The translations under genes and the position numbers were made by a program. Below the pieces are notes generated by a model, which saw nothing but the letters and a program-made list of their open reading frames with translations, was not told the origin of the DNA and did not search any database. Positions 23,035-36,418 of a DNA stretch of 64,000 nt are shown here, one piece after another (the first letter of the stretch is position 1; each line of letters opens with the position of its first letter). Source of the DNA: Neodothiora populina (Eukaryota); assembly GCF_041146345.1 (NCBI RefSeq), contig NW_027191414.1, positions 806,001-870,000 of the forward strand, written 5' to 3'.

Positions 23035-24418
23035 TCATTCCACTGGAGATTTCTGCAGCGACTCATACCACTGTAAAATGCTGGAGAGCAAGAATGCACA
23101 AGAGGCCCATACCGTGGTACAAGCAGCCTGAGATTGCGCCCATCGCTTAGGATTGAACCCTAAGCAAGCAGAAAGAAGAAAGCCAATACCTTGAGTACCT
23201 GTGAGCTATGGACGCGTTCCACTTTGATTCAACATAGGAGGTCATACTTCCCACCAGATCCCAGAACCCTTCGAAGCGACTTCGTCAGTCTGAGCTCAAG
23301 TGATGATCAACGTGACAAAAACATACCGATATGCCAGCCCAGAAGACGTGGAGCAGGAAGCCACCAACGCGTTTGATTTTCAATCATGTAAAGCCATCCA
23401 GCTAAGACGAACAGGACAGAGCCAAGAAGAAAAGGCAACCATATGAGCATATCGACCGCTCGCATGGACAGCGTATTGGCAATTCCCGGGAGAGAGGCGA
23501 ACCCACCGATCCAGAAAATGGTACAACCTACCAATTGACCTGAAGAAGCAACGAAGCCGACATCTACATATGCACTGATTCAGCGCCTAGTGCCATAACC
23601 ACGGCATGGCAAAACCTACCTCGCAGGTAGTGAGTCTTCATATCATGCTATGACGGGAACCACGACCACCCGATTCTGGTTGCATACGCTTGATCCCCCA
23701 TTTGAGAGGTCTTGGTACCACGTGTAGCCCGTAGGAGGCTTTTCGGAATCCTTTTATGGTGGTGCGAACATAAGTCAAGGTCGGATCTAATCTTCGACCG
23801 GACATGGCCGTTGTGATAGACTTGTTCGACAGCCCAGCCAAAACATGCAGTCCGGTTCGCGTTGATGGCTTCGAAGAAAAGAAGGATGCTGCCTACTTCA
23901 AAGACACAGATACCTACAAACGCAGTTACACCTCCACCTACCAGAACCCCGTTGGAAAAAGTCCATTCAGGACGAATGTTTGGCAGGAAAGTGAAGAGGC
24001 CGTTCAAGATCCAGATAGCGCTTCCCCAAGCATAGATATAAGCCGCTAGCCATGAAATATCCCATATAGGATAGGACGTCAGCATGAGCCAGATCTTTCC
24101 AAGGACTGGCCGCCAACGAGCTGTGGGCTCTGGTACGATAGTAGACTCTCCTGAGCGCTGCTCTGCGGATGCCGAGACGTATAGCTTATGGCGCCCTTTG
24201 CGGTTGTCACGTGAAGACCATCTGAAGTCGATGCCACTCCCAAGAAGACTCACGGGTCTAAATGTCGCTTGAGTCGGATTTAGAAAGTGCAGCGGTCTGG
24301 TGACGTTCTCAGGTACAAGAATAGGATGAGAATCAATAGGTTTAGGTGTGTATGGCAGCCCTCGGTTGCCAGACATATCCATGGCTGAGTCGGCAGCCTT
24401 GTCCGAGGCATGGTTCAT
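23035..24418 (-). pseudogene. Fungal integral membrane protein gene (4 exons: 24418-23620, 23563-23327, 23268-23248, 23189-23035) with one in-frame TAG at 23648-23650
   Basis: WSSRDNRKGRH, YPIWDISW, several TM segments and a QWYESL C-terminus; all three introns keep frame; the only lesion is TAG in WSWFPS*HDMKTHYLRDVGF. It is either a pseudogene or a recoded gene. Confidence 0.7.
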
Positions 24419-26838
24419 TACTAAAACGTCCGCGTAGAGACATATTGACTACCTAGTCAAATATCGAGGTTTCTCGCAACGGCCTCATGGTCAAACAAGC
24501 CTATTGGGTCGCTCCTTCTTATTGCTCTCCCAGCGACACAACATCCAAGACATTGGATTCACCACGTTATATACTTGTGTACGAACCTGTCGAACGTGGG
24601 CTCTGAACCATAAGCCGGCCAGTATTGGACAGGAACAATAGAGCCACTCAAATGATTGGCTATGACTGGAATAGCAGAACATCGCTACGTGAATTGTCGC
24701 TTCATCGATCGAGCAACCGTCCAATATTTCGAACCCGAGCCCGAATTGCAAACGGTCATCCACATTTCAGGCTGCACCTCATCTTCCCCGAGCCTCGCAA
24801 GATGAGCAACGAGGAAATCAAGATCAATACTCGACATCACCAACGGGCTCGACAGAACGAGCGTGGAACAAATGATAACCTTACCTCGGCTTCTACCAAT
24901 GCGCCAGAAACACAACGAGGTCATAGTCGAGCCGGAGATGAGACTCGAAATGACCGTGCGCTTGTAAGGTAGCAGTCTATATGCTCGTCCCGCGCCGCCG
25001 TTGGCTGAGACATGGCCGTCACCGAACAATCACAATAACGGCGACTCCACCATGGACTCATGTCATGATGCTAACCGGTCTTACGCCTCAAAGCTTGCCC
25101 TTCGATGTGCGTGAATGGTAGGGCCAGTCGGAACCCGGGACGCCCAAGCGCCAGCCGGCTTGATGGGCAATTTGTGCATTGCTACACAGTATTACCGCTC
25201 ACCGCTCTCCCCTGACCATCCTACACAGAGTCCGAGTCATGAATTAACTAATGCTGCACACTGCTCGCAATCCCACGGACCGTCGCATCACGAGGGACTT
25301 AGTCAAGAGGAAAAAAGCAAAAGACGAGAAGTAGATGCTTTTACCCAGGCCAGCCAAGCGAAGCAATCAAGCAACACCGTCCACCACACCCCCAGCCCGA
25401 TCAGCCTGGCATAATATGGGAGGAAAGTGATCGACAAGGCACATTATAGATCCAACACTGACTCTTTCTTGTCCCAGAAGGCTAGCTAGCGGACACACCG
25501 CCTCTTCCTATGAGCGAAACACACAATGAACAACGACCGCGATCCCCACTATTCTCCTCTATTAAACTCAAGTGTAACCAAGTGCCTAAGAGACAAACTA
25601 CCACACGGCGGGAACGAGGGATGGAATGCGAAAGAGAGTTTTGGCAACATGGGAGTTAGAAGCGCAAGATAAGCTGCAAGTGATCCTTATTTTGCTAATG
25701 CGTCCAAGCACGCTCGGGCATTTGCGGTCGAAAAGCACGTTTTCTTCAGTTGTAAACCCAACGGTCGGACAAAGGAACGAATGGGCAGGGACCCACAGTA
25801 AGGAAGCGCAGGCATAACACAACGGTTCTAATATTCTATGTTTCTAATCTGATTTGCGTCGTGTTGCACTCGCAAAGGTTGTGTAGAGTAGTCTGTCTAG
25901 ATTACTGCGTCCCGAAGCAACCACAAGGCAATGACACAATAATACTTGCTTGCTGCTACAGTAGAGTCCCTCGAAGGGTGCGTGCGAGCGATGCGCCTGC
26001 TCACTAAAAGAGCAAAGACCGTTAATCTCCCTTTCCTTGAGTGATCGCTATGGGGTACATATGAGCACGAGCATGTGTATCTCATAGCACAGACCCGTAG
26101 CGAACCGAATCCCTTGCTTCATGGCCCTAGTGTTAGATCGGCGGATTCAGAAGAACAAGGGCACAGGGGGGTTGCCTAAGCGTTCTACTAAAAGTGGAGT
26201 TTGGACTCTCCCAGGCGAAGTGTTTCTGAATGGGTTGTTTCAATATGGCAAAACGGATTTACTGGCAAAATTTCCATAATTTGTATGGGAATTTTTGTCT
26301 TCACTCTCGTAAAACGAATCAGTTGGTTGTGCTTTTGGAGACATGGTGGTTCACATTCTGAGTCGCGTGACATAGAAATATTGTGTAGGGATATTGTTGT
26401 CTTGTAACCAGTAAGGAAATCAATATAGTCATTTAGAGAAAAAGTGTGGAAAATGTTTTTTTTGGATCGGATAGATGTTAGTTGTTTTTGTTCTGTCTCT
26501 ATCGTGTGAATCTATGTATGTACATTTTTGGTAAAAAGTCGCTGTGAAGTTTTCATATCGTCTTCTCAAAGGGTATATTGCGATTTGAAACAAACAAAAA
26601 ACTCCCCCCACTGTCGAATGCTTGGTTGTTTCTGGGAGAGATGAATGTCCAAGGATTCAAGTAAAGCGGTCTGAACTGTGAAAGGAAGACGTGACCGGCA
26701 TTAATTCGTAAAAAAAAATCTCCCCCGCCCCCAACTTCCCTTGACTTCCTCTTCTTCGAGGAATCCTTTTGTGACTAGTGTCGTTGGTAAAATATGTATA
26801 GATGAAGCGAATTATTGCCAATATGGCGAGGCACCCTT

Positions 26839-28067
26839 TTAAGCGGGACAGACCAACGTGGGTCTGTGGCAGCCAAAGGGAGCCATCAGTTGCTCGTAGC
26901 AAGTTGAGAAAGCAGAGCTGTATGATGCAGGTCCGTTGTAACACGAAGCCTGAGCGGACAGGAAGCTCTGTGACATTGTGTGAGGGCTTGGAGGAGGAGT
27001 GTGAAGCCTCGCGTGCACTGCAGGAGGCAATTGAGTGAACGGAATGTCAACATCCTGTACATGGTCCTGTGCAGCATACACGGGGCTGTAAGGTGGAGTC
27101 ATAGTTCCCACCGAGTTGATCATGGTAGGCTGAGAGGAAGGAGATGCATACTGCGAGCTGGTACCCTCAGAAGTGGAAGTGAACCCGGGGCAGAACATGA
27201 TTGCACGCTTCAACTCGGGAAGCGTCATGCGCTGGGAGGGGTTGCAGTCAAAGACACGTCTGAGAATACAGTCCAGTTCATCGGACAAGGGTAGGATTGT
27301 CTTCAAGAAGTTCCTGTCCTTCATGTAGGCGCGGAAGGTAGAATCCTCCATGGAAGCCCGCTTCCAAGGGTTGCGGCCGAAAGTAAGATTGACAAGAATC
27401 ACACCCAGGGACCAGACGTCATTGGGAGCAGATGCATAACATGAGCCGGCCCTTGGGTTGACCTGTTGGCACTCCGGGGACATGTAGAAGGTAGATCCAC
27501 AACCGAAGTCTGGTGAAAGGTGATCCTGGGTGGCAAGTCCAAAGTCGGCCAACTTCAAGGTCAAACCATCGTCGGCAACGAGGATGTTTTCCGGCTTCAA
27601 GTCTCGGTGGTAGACACCAATCGAATGACAATAAGCTACTGCATCAAGCATTTGTAGGAAAGCATTCTTGATAAGTGACTCGCGACCCACGTAAAAAGCC
27701 TGATCAGTAATCCTGGAAAAAAGATCACCTCCGGGGCAGTACTCCAGAACTACAAATGTGCAGTCGGGAGTTTCAATGATCTCGTACATGGAAACCACGT
27801 TAGGGTGTTCGCTGACTTGATGGTGCAGTTGAATCTCGCGCTGCTGGAAAGCTCGTTGCCTGGGTTCAAGGCCAACTTTGTTCAGTGCCTTGACGGCGAA
27901 TTGGAGACGAGGGTCATGCACATGGACAGCGCGATAGACGACACCATATGCTCCAATGCCTAGGACTTCCACTAGTTGCACAAGTCCTTGGAGAACTTGA
28001 CCGATGCGAGCATCAGGTGGCGATGATGTGGCTGAACATAGGGGAGATCCAGGGGGGTAGGGTACAT
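26839..28067 (-). CDS. Ran1/Pat1 (Sks1/Vhs1-like) Ser/Thr kinase; apparent 1-nt frameshift just after the ATG
   Basis: LGIGAYGVV, AVK, YHRDLKPEN, DFGLA, GCGSTFYMSPEC, NDVWSLGVILVNLTFGRNPW; ATG 28067 is out of frame with the kinase ORF. Confidence 0.85.
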
Positions 28068-31000
28068 ATCGCAGACTAATCAAAGCTTTCAGATGTGACC
28101 GACCCAATGCTCCCTGAAAAGAAATAACAGAAAGCAATTGGAATTGTTCTCGTGTTACAGGATTCCTTTGAAGTGCAATGTATTACTCAAAAAACAATCG
28201 AGTAGTTGAGACCTTGCACAGGTTGTAGTGGCAACTTTGGAGTATTAAAAAGATAGATCGATTAAAGAAGTTTGGTAGTGAGCTTGCTGATCGAGATCCT
28301 ATGGGAGTGGGCGTAAAAGAAAGGATATAGTCTCTTGGATAAACGAGGTGGTTAGCAGGGGTGACCGGATAAGGATATGCAATGTAGATATGGTTCTAAT
28401 CAGAGACGTGTTGCATATAGTGCTGTGGCCCACAGGCTTTTGGGGCAAGACAACACATGGCAAAATCCAGTCATGTCCCTGGCGCCGCGCTGCCTCTGGG
28501 CCACTAGTGCCATCCGATGCTTGTCGCCACGCCTACGCTTGCACCTAGCGCACCGCGAATCGTTTCGTGGCGTAACGTGTCCCTATTTTCTCAGCCGTTT
28601 AAGTTGCAGGAGTGGGACGGTCAGAAGCAGGCATAAGCGCACCGTCGCCTCTGGCGTATCGGGTGCTCTGAAAGTGGTGTGGCGGCTTTTATCACATTCC
28701 CGCATCCATCTATTGGCTATGGATCGAGGCGATGGTCCAAGTGAGATCGACAAAGCCGCCGAAGTCACCCACTCGGCGTCAGCATCCCTTCGCATGCGAC
28801 GACGAACGGTATGGCGTCGTGCCGTGCAGCTGTGGAGTCAAGTAACGAAATGGCAGGAAGTTTCCATGTGGAAATGTGCTTCAGCGTATTAGTGACGGCC
28901 ATGCACCCTCTACAATGCAGGCGGTGTTTCGAATCTGCTGAGCCATGCCACGCCTCGTCTGTCTTCGAACGCTTGCATACGTATGACTTGCATAATAAAA
29001 ACATTGCAGGCTGCACAAAAGTGTACAAAGAGAAGGATTGCATTCGTATGTATGTTGTTGCATTCACGAAGGCATCCTTTGGTACATCACACTACCTCGA
29101 ATGGCTACTTTAGTGACTCCCGATGTTTGGATGCTCGAGTACGGCATACTGTATGTTCATATCAGGGTTGAAGGCGTCTGACCACTGTACTCGTGTCCCA
29201 GAAAGCTTTTTTCCAGAGTATCCGTTGTGCGTTGGCGGGTACGATGCCCTGCAAGAGCGTCGATTTCGGTGTTGCACCATGACCGGTTGCAGAGGCTGAG
29301 CAAATGCGATGGTACGATACGTGTGAACTTTACGCGTAGGCGCCCGTCTCGACATGCAAGTGGCCCGAAAAGTGATAGTGCAGACTTCGACCATGCCGAC
29401 CGTACCTCACGATGGGCGGGACTGACTATGACACATGGCCATGCAGATCTGCTGCAGTACAAGCACTGTAGGCCTGGGATGGCGATCTGGCTTCTGTGCA
29501 AGGCTTACACAAAGCAGTGGTGGCGCGCACTGACATTCGCCCAGCGGCTGGCTGTGTGCCATGGGAGCACGACCGGCTTCTCTCACGGATCTCTGAGTTT
29601 GCTGGAACCTTGCTTATTATGGGAGACTGGGAGATTGCTACCTACCGACTGAAAAATTGTGAGTAGTCAGGTGCCGCAAGATTCCAGTCTAGTCTTCCGC
29701 ACCGCCAATATGTGGAAATGCTGCGCACGTCGCATCACCATAGGGCGAGTAATTGGTCCTTCGCCACTATGCGAAAAGCTGCTCGCCACACACAGCGAGC
29801 AAATTATGACTCCGCTATCTTGGACAGGGATAGGTGTGTGTGTGACTTCAAGACAGTTGGTGAATCACGCGTCTGCATCGTTCGCGACGTACCTCTCCGC
29901 TCCCACCGCTGCCGTGCAAGGCGTGGAAGTCTAATAATTTACTGCTTTACTTTTTCTTCCTAGGTGCGTGATCGTCCACCCCACGAGTGCCGAATTAGAG
30001 TATTGCATCAGAGTTGCAGGGGAGCGGATAGGGGGCGCTTCCAGACCATGAAGGCTGACTCGATGGGTCAAGCATGTTGGTGGTAGCATGGCCTGCCGCC
30101 TTTTCTGCGAACGTTTTCTGCTGCCTTCGTTCACTCCCCACTATCACGATGGAGCTCTACCAAGAATGGTAAGCTCCTGACAATTTAAACACGCGTTACT
30201 GTGAACCTAATTGGCTCCGCGTCATCCGCTGCGAGTGACAGGTGGTTTCTTCTGTGAGAAAAAGGCTTCCAACCATGCGTAATGTATTATGCATGTAGTG
30301 GTACGGCAGCGGGAACGCTAAAGCACATTACCTGAAGGTACACAAGCCTTCTGGTCGATAAGCATGACTGCGAGATGCACTCCTCTGCAGATGGCTGAGT
30401 TGGCCTGTGGTCGTGGCTTGATTGTGATGATCTGAACGGCCCTTTTGACACTCGACTAGTCCTCTAAATCGTACTCATTTGTTGGTGATCCACTCGGGTC
30501 ATGGCGGTAGAATTTTAGAAGGGCCCCTCCAACGGGGATCCTCACGAACCTCCTCGGATCGCTTGAGAGCCGATGTGGTCAGACCAGAGAGTCCATCGAA
30601 GGAACGAAGAAAACTGTGGAATTGACGTTGAAAAAGTGTTCCGCACTAGTGAGGAAGCATGAATAGTGGGCGGTAGAGCCGTTCCTAATTATGCTCTTGG
30701 ACCGGTATTGCATCCTTTTTTAGTGATCAACATACGAACCCCCCTGTTTGTATCGTATTTCGTACCGAATTGGAGTATTGCTTGCACTCGCAACCACACC
30801 GTCCCCCCTGCTTCGCTTGTTAGTATATCAAAGATCGTACACAGTGACACGGCCCCAGTATGCATCTGCTAGGAAGCTGGCGGCCATTGCACCTTGGACC
30901 CTCAGCTGGACATGACCTAGCACGCACGCTTGCATAGGTGCATGCAGATTATCATGAGAAGGATCGCTCCGTGGGAACGGCTTTCTTGCCTGGCAGCCAA

Positions 31001-32270
31001 GGCTTTATGGGGATCTGCTCGGCGCCCTCGCCGTAGCTGACTTTGACCAGTATCTGTTGCCAGTTACAATATTTTATATCGAAAATAGCAATAGTGGTTC
31101 ATCACCTGTTCTCTCAGCGTGTAGGCAATATCACAGCCAATAGAATGATTCAATGAGAAAAATTGTTTCACGCGTAAAGCTACCTTGCCTTATCAATCCT
31201 CTGAAATATGCTCATCTCCAAGGAGTAAAGATCAACCTCTGAAGCACCACTGTACTCGCGTATCCAACATCGCTTCGCTAAAGGTTGTCCCACGAATATC
31301 AGACCGTTGATCACGGTGTTGTCAAGAGGGATGACAAGCAGATGTGAAACGACCTCCCGATGATGAGCAAGGACCTCCGACAAAGTGGTTCCAGGCATAG
31401 CCCGCGCTATCGATTGCAAGCGCCTCGGTCGTTGCACAGTAAGTACGGTACTTGAAGTCAGGCATGGGGCGTTCGTTTCGACAACATCTGGTGGCCATGG
31501 AGGTAAATCCGTAGATGTACATCTCCTGCCAGTGTTGGCTGTGTACATGATTTCCGCATTTGCTCTTGCACACAAGTGCAAGAAGCAGACGCTCGTGGCA
31601 AATCCCGTTGGTGAGGCCGTGTCATCATATGCGCGTCACATATCCAGACTCACAAGTAACCTGAATTCAAGGCAAGCACATAAGAAACCGTCTGCGTGCA
31701 TGCAGACCTGCCTCCCTGCATGTGTAGTCAAGCACCCTGGTTGCCTGCCTGCATGGAGGTTTGTAGATAGTTACGTTTCTTGAGGCTTAGAGGTGCACGT
31801 ACATCTACCGAGCGTTGGAACACGAAAACATCTACATACCTTACCTCCCTAGAGAGACAAAGCAAAGCGCTTGATGACACGATAGCTAGACATAGATATT
31901 GACGATCCTCCCACTGCACATCCCTGCTGCATTGGAAAACTTGTTCAAGGAGCCTGTTGCACAGAAACCGTCTGAACCATGATAACGTCGCCGTTTCATT
32001 TGGTCCAAGGAGCATCAACATACGGTGAGCGTTGGCAGCACATTAATCAGGAGCAGGTGCCACCTGTCCTGAAATCGTATAAGCATTATTCTCAATCGCC
32101 CTTCAACGAACCATTCACTTCATTTGTATGTCGTTGGAAGTACTTAAACTTTGATCACATTATATCTATTCGATCCACTTTCATTTGTAAGTCTTCTACG
32201 AACATATCGCGAGCCACAATAATGGCTAGCTTGAACACACCGAGACAAAGTTGTCATTAAATATCGGCTT

Positions 32271-34791
32271 TCATCTCCCCTGCGGACCCTGCGGGACTGG
32301 GCGCATTATGAAGCCATGCTTTAGAGCATCGTTGGGCGTAATTCTTTTAGCAGGATCGATAGCAAGGCATTTGTCCAACAGGTCAGCGAAAAGGTCCAAT
32401 TCTTTGGCGTCGGCCGGACTGAGACCCTTGGCGTTGCTAAACAGCCGTGATTTCAATTCCTTAGATGGCGTGGGTCGTATAATGCTCTGGGGACGTACCA
32501 CCTCCTTGCGTGTAACGGTATCGATTTCGTGGCTCATGAAGGTGCCATCACGAGTGAAGTGCTGGGCCCAGAACTCTGCCTTTTTCAGCATGCGGTTCGG
32601 GATCCTACCTCTGCACTCCATCATAGCCCTGAGCATCTGATTATTTGTCGGACCTGTAAAGCAGATTTTACCTGTATACAGTTCAAATAGCGTACAGCCG
32701 ATGCTCCACATGTCGATGGCATAGTCATGTCTGATTCCAAGTATGATTTCAGGAGCGCGGTAGAATCGTGAGACCAACACATCGGTCACTTCGTTGTCGC
32801 TGGCCGACACTGCTGAGCCTAGATCAGCAATCTTCAGTCGACTTCTGTTCTCGTTGACAAGAACATTGTCAGGCTTCAGATCGGCATGTAAGATCTCGCA
32901 TCTCCTGAGTAGACTCAAGCCCAAAAACATCTGCTGAGCATATGATCGGACCGCTTTGATGTTGATGCCGACATCGCGGCCAAACTTCTTGAGGACTTCT
33001 CTCAAATTGATGCTGAGATTCTCAAACACCATGCAGAGATGACCCTTGTGCTCAAAATGCCGTTCCAGCCTTATAAGGTGTCGTTTATCCTCTGGGTCTG
33101 CTTCGGCAAGGGTTTGCAAGGTCTCGATTTCCTTCATACCGGCTTTGTACCTGTCGTTACATAGTCAGTCCTGAACGATCGTTGCACACAGGGCATTAAA
33201 GAGGGGGGAGGGGGGGCTTACATGGATTCTTGCTTTCTGATAACCTTGATAGCAACCAGGCGGTCCGTCTTGGTATCGTGGGCACGCACGACTGCAGAGA
33301 AGACACCCTTTCCCAGGTTGGTCTGTACATGATAGCGTCCATCAAGCAGTTCACCCAGTATGATTCGATAGTAACCTTCGGGGTCATCCCAGTCGTCCAG
33401 GAGGCTTCTATCAAGCTGCTTGGCTTCGGGAATGCGAACAGCCTGCGTGCCATCCTCCTTCTTGTGTCCTGCTTCTGGTCCGGGGCCAAACATGTCGTCG
33501 TCTTCGTCGTCATCGGCGAACATGTCAAACTCTTTAAGCGCTCTGGTCGCAGACCGAGGCTCCGGCGCAGCTGGCTGGTCAGCGGCGTGTTGAGTATTGT
33601 CGAGTCCATTGGAGTCAGCAGTGCCAGCCTCTCTGGTCGCACGCTGCTCACGAGCGCGTACATCCTGCATATCCATGTTTGGGTCGTAATCAGCAGCAAA
33701 CGACTCGTCCGCAGCACTCTGCGTAGTAGGAGAAGGCTGCCCAGGACGCATGAGGTCCTCATCCTTCGAAAGAGAAATAGTCGCAGAAGGAGAGGCAATT
33801 GAAATAGGCGAACCTGGCAGTGATGTAGATGTCGACGTGTTCATAGATGCCGCATCTATAGCGTATCAGCAGACAAAGTGGAGGGAATGTGATTGTCATC
33901 GCTAGTGAGGAGGGAAACTGCCTGGCAGACGGCAAGGGGTGAATGTGACATAAACGAAGAAGAGTAAAGATCATCCTTACCAGAAGTTTCAGAATCTCTT
34001 GCTGTAGCAGCTTGGGGAGTGCCAGATTGAGAAGCAGCGCTCGATTCAAGGGCCTGTTGTAATAGAGGAGTGCCCTGTGCGCGGTGTTTCGCACGCAGAG
34101 CTTCACGACGCTTCCTGCGTTCCTCAATAAGCTGTGCCTCGTCCACAATTGTAGGCTCGACCTCAATATCCTCAGCCTGTTTGGAGGGAGTAGCATTCTG
34201 CTCAGCCGCACCATGTCCATGAGAAGCGATCGCGGAGGCACGAGCGCTTGAGTGGCGGCTTTCTGAGGCGTAGTCAGATGCTCGCTCACGATGTGGGTAT
34301 TCTCCTTGTACTCTGTGGCGGTGAGGGGACCTGCTTCGAGTCCTGTGTCTCTCGGACTGATGTCTCTTGCCAGGTGGCCCTCTATCATCATGCCTACCTG
34401 ATCGAGCAGAGCGGCCATGGGCATCCCAGCCTGAGCGATCATTGCGGCGGCGATCCCTCGATTCATCGTCTGGCTCATATCGTACTTGGGGGCGCCTGTG
34501 GTCGTCGTCGTGTCTAGAATGGTGTGAATCGGCTTCATAGCGACGTTTCTGGCCGTGGGATGGCTGAGGTCGATGGCTTCGGTTTCGCGGTTGATCGTGA
34601 TCTGGACCGTAGTCTAGGGCGTCGGAGGTACCATCAAGCTGCAGATTCACAGATCTGGGAGAACTCGACAGCGGCGATCGAGGTCTGCTTTTGCGGTCAA
34701 CGGCGGTATCTCTGGCGAATGGTCGCGTCTTAGTTGCCTTCTCGCTTCCATAGTCCATTACCTCCCCCTCATCTGCTGAACTGTGGCTCAT
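32271..34791 (-). CDS. PRP4: Pre-mRNA splicing kinase Prp4, ~774 aa, 3 exons (34791-33981, 33855-33222, 33150-32271)
   Basis: RS-rich N-terminus, IEERRKRREA, DDWDDPEGYY, LGKGVFSAVVRA, HADLKPDN, DLGSA, LVSRFYRAPE; introns keep frame. Confidence 0.92.
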
Positions 34792-35451
34792 CTTGGACAC
34801 CGGCTGTCTTCTTATTTCCCTCTCTCACACTCCAAAGCGGCAGTCAGGTAGTCGGCAACCTTGCAGTCAAGACGACCTAGAGCTCGCTCGTAATGTTGAA
34901 GTGTCAGCACAACTCGTTCTCCAAGGCGACGACAAGACAATCCGTCAAGAATGTTCGGACCGACAGGAAGAGGGTTGGCAGATCTCCTCTCACACACACT
35001 TGACAGAAGGGACCGGATTTAGAGGATTATAGTGATGCACAGCGTATGTGAAGATGTCGTCGAGGCGAGAAGGAGACTTTATTTTCCCTCTGTAGCGAAA
35101 GAAAGAGTGGGAGCCTGCGCAGTTGCGATCGCAATCAACTGCACCTTCCTCTTGGTCGCACTATTGCGTAGGTGCCTCGCCTTGGGAAGGGAAGGAAGTG
35201 ACATGCCAAGACCTTCCAGCAGCCGGGTGCGGGCCGAGCCGCTTCTCTAAATGGCAAGAGCAGCGTGCAGTACGAAGTGTGAAGCAAGAGCGAAGACAAG
35301 CGCTCGGTCTAAGGAAATTGTATCATGTACAGTATGGTAGGCAAGAGGTATGATATCCGTCGATTTATACACCCAAACTTGCATTCCTTACCACGCTTAT
35401 CTCCACCCTTAAGACCTGGCACAATTCATCCCAGAAGACAAGTGAAGCATC

Positions 35452-35856
35452 ATGTTCGGCGCCATGCGGCGCAACGCCCCGACCTTCTCCTCGCCTTCAT
35501 CACACATGGCTCGCCTCCTCGAGCGATCGTCCGACTCTTCGCTGTCACGTTTCGGAGCCCGTCGTTTCTACGCACAAGGCGCTCCGAACACTGGTCCTCC
35601 GGTCGGTCCGGCAACAGAGAGAGCTGTGGCAAGTTCCCAGACACAGTCCATCCCGGTCCCAAACAGAGTCAAACAGCGCACACCTGGTCCGCGAGGAGGA
35701 CGAAGTGCCGGTTTCTATGTCATGATCATGGCTACTGCACTATTCACCGTACCACCCATCTCTTACTTCTACTGGGAACACCGTAAAGCCCACATGAAAG
35801 CCAAGAAAGAGGCCATGCTCGCAGACATCCAGGCCCGAGTGAGAGCTCAGTCGTGA
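35452..35856 (+). CDS. Small single-pass membrane protein, possibly mitochondrial (134 aa)
   Basis: ATC-ATG start, Arg/Ser-rich presequence-like N-terminus, one hydrophobic segment FYVMIMATALFTVPPISYFYW, basic tail; divergent from PRP4. Confidence 0.65.
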   Translation: MFGAMRRNAPTFSSPSSHMARLLERSSDSSLSRFGARRFYAQGAPNTGPPVGPATERAVASSQTQSIPVPNRVKQRTPGPRGGRSAGFYVMIMATALFTVPPISYFYWEHRKAHMKAKKEAMLADIQARVRAQS

Positions 35857-36418
35857 TCTGCCTTTGCTTTTGGCCGGCAATCTTTATTGGAGGAGACATA
35901 AAGTGTGCGATATCGTACTCTGCTAGCCACAAGTCCATCGTAATCCGATCTTGTCAACTAGCGATCTGGACGGTATTGCATCGCCTTGAGCACTCGATCC
36001 TTGTCGAGCTAGCTTTATGTTTACGATCTCGACGGCCGTGGACCAACTACAAAAGGTCGTAGTCCCCGCCGATCGTATTCATGTATCATAATCGTGTATC
36101 AACATCATCGACTATTACTGATCTCCACTTCTGTATGAGACCTTCTTCCATCTGCTACTTACCGGGTGCGACTGTGGGTACAGCGTGGATGTCAGCTGTT
36201 TGTTCTTTGCCTCGTGAAGGTTCCTTGAACATGAACATGTGCAGCATGGAGAAGCGTTCGCCACTCCTATTGCGATTGCTATTCACTCTTCTGATCAATG
36301 GGCCGATTTACTCTACGCAATCCTTCTGGACACAAATTACCACAATTTGACGGTACCTTACAGACATGTGATCTCCACGTAATTGAATGGCTTATTTCGA
36401 TGGTCCGGTCACAATCGC

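Noticed and set aside
30400..31600. Protein-like fragments on the minus strand (e.g. FLADAYWGR, AIDSAGYAWNHF)
   Set aside because: Isolated short matches bounded by stops; no supporting domain or exon chain
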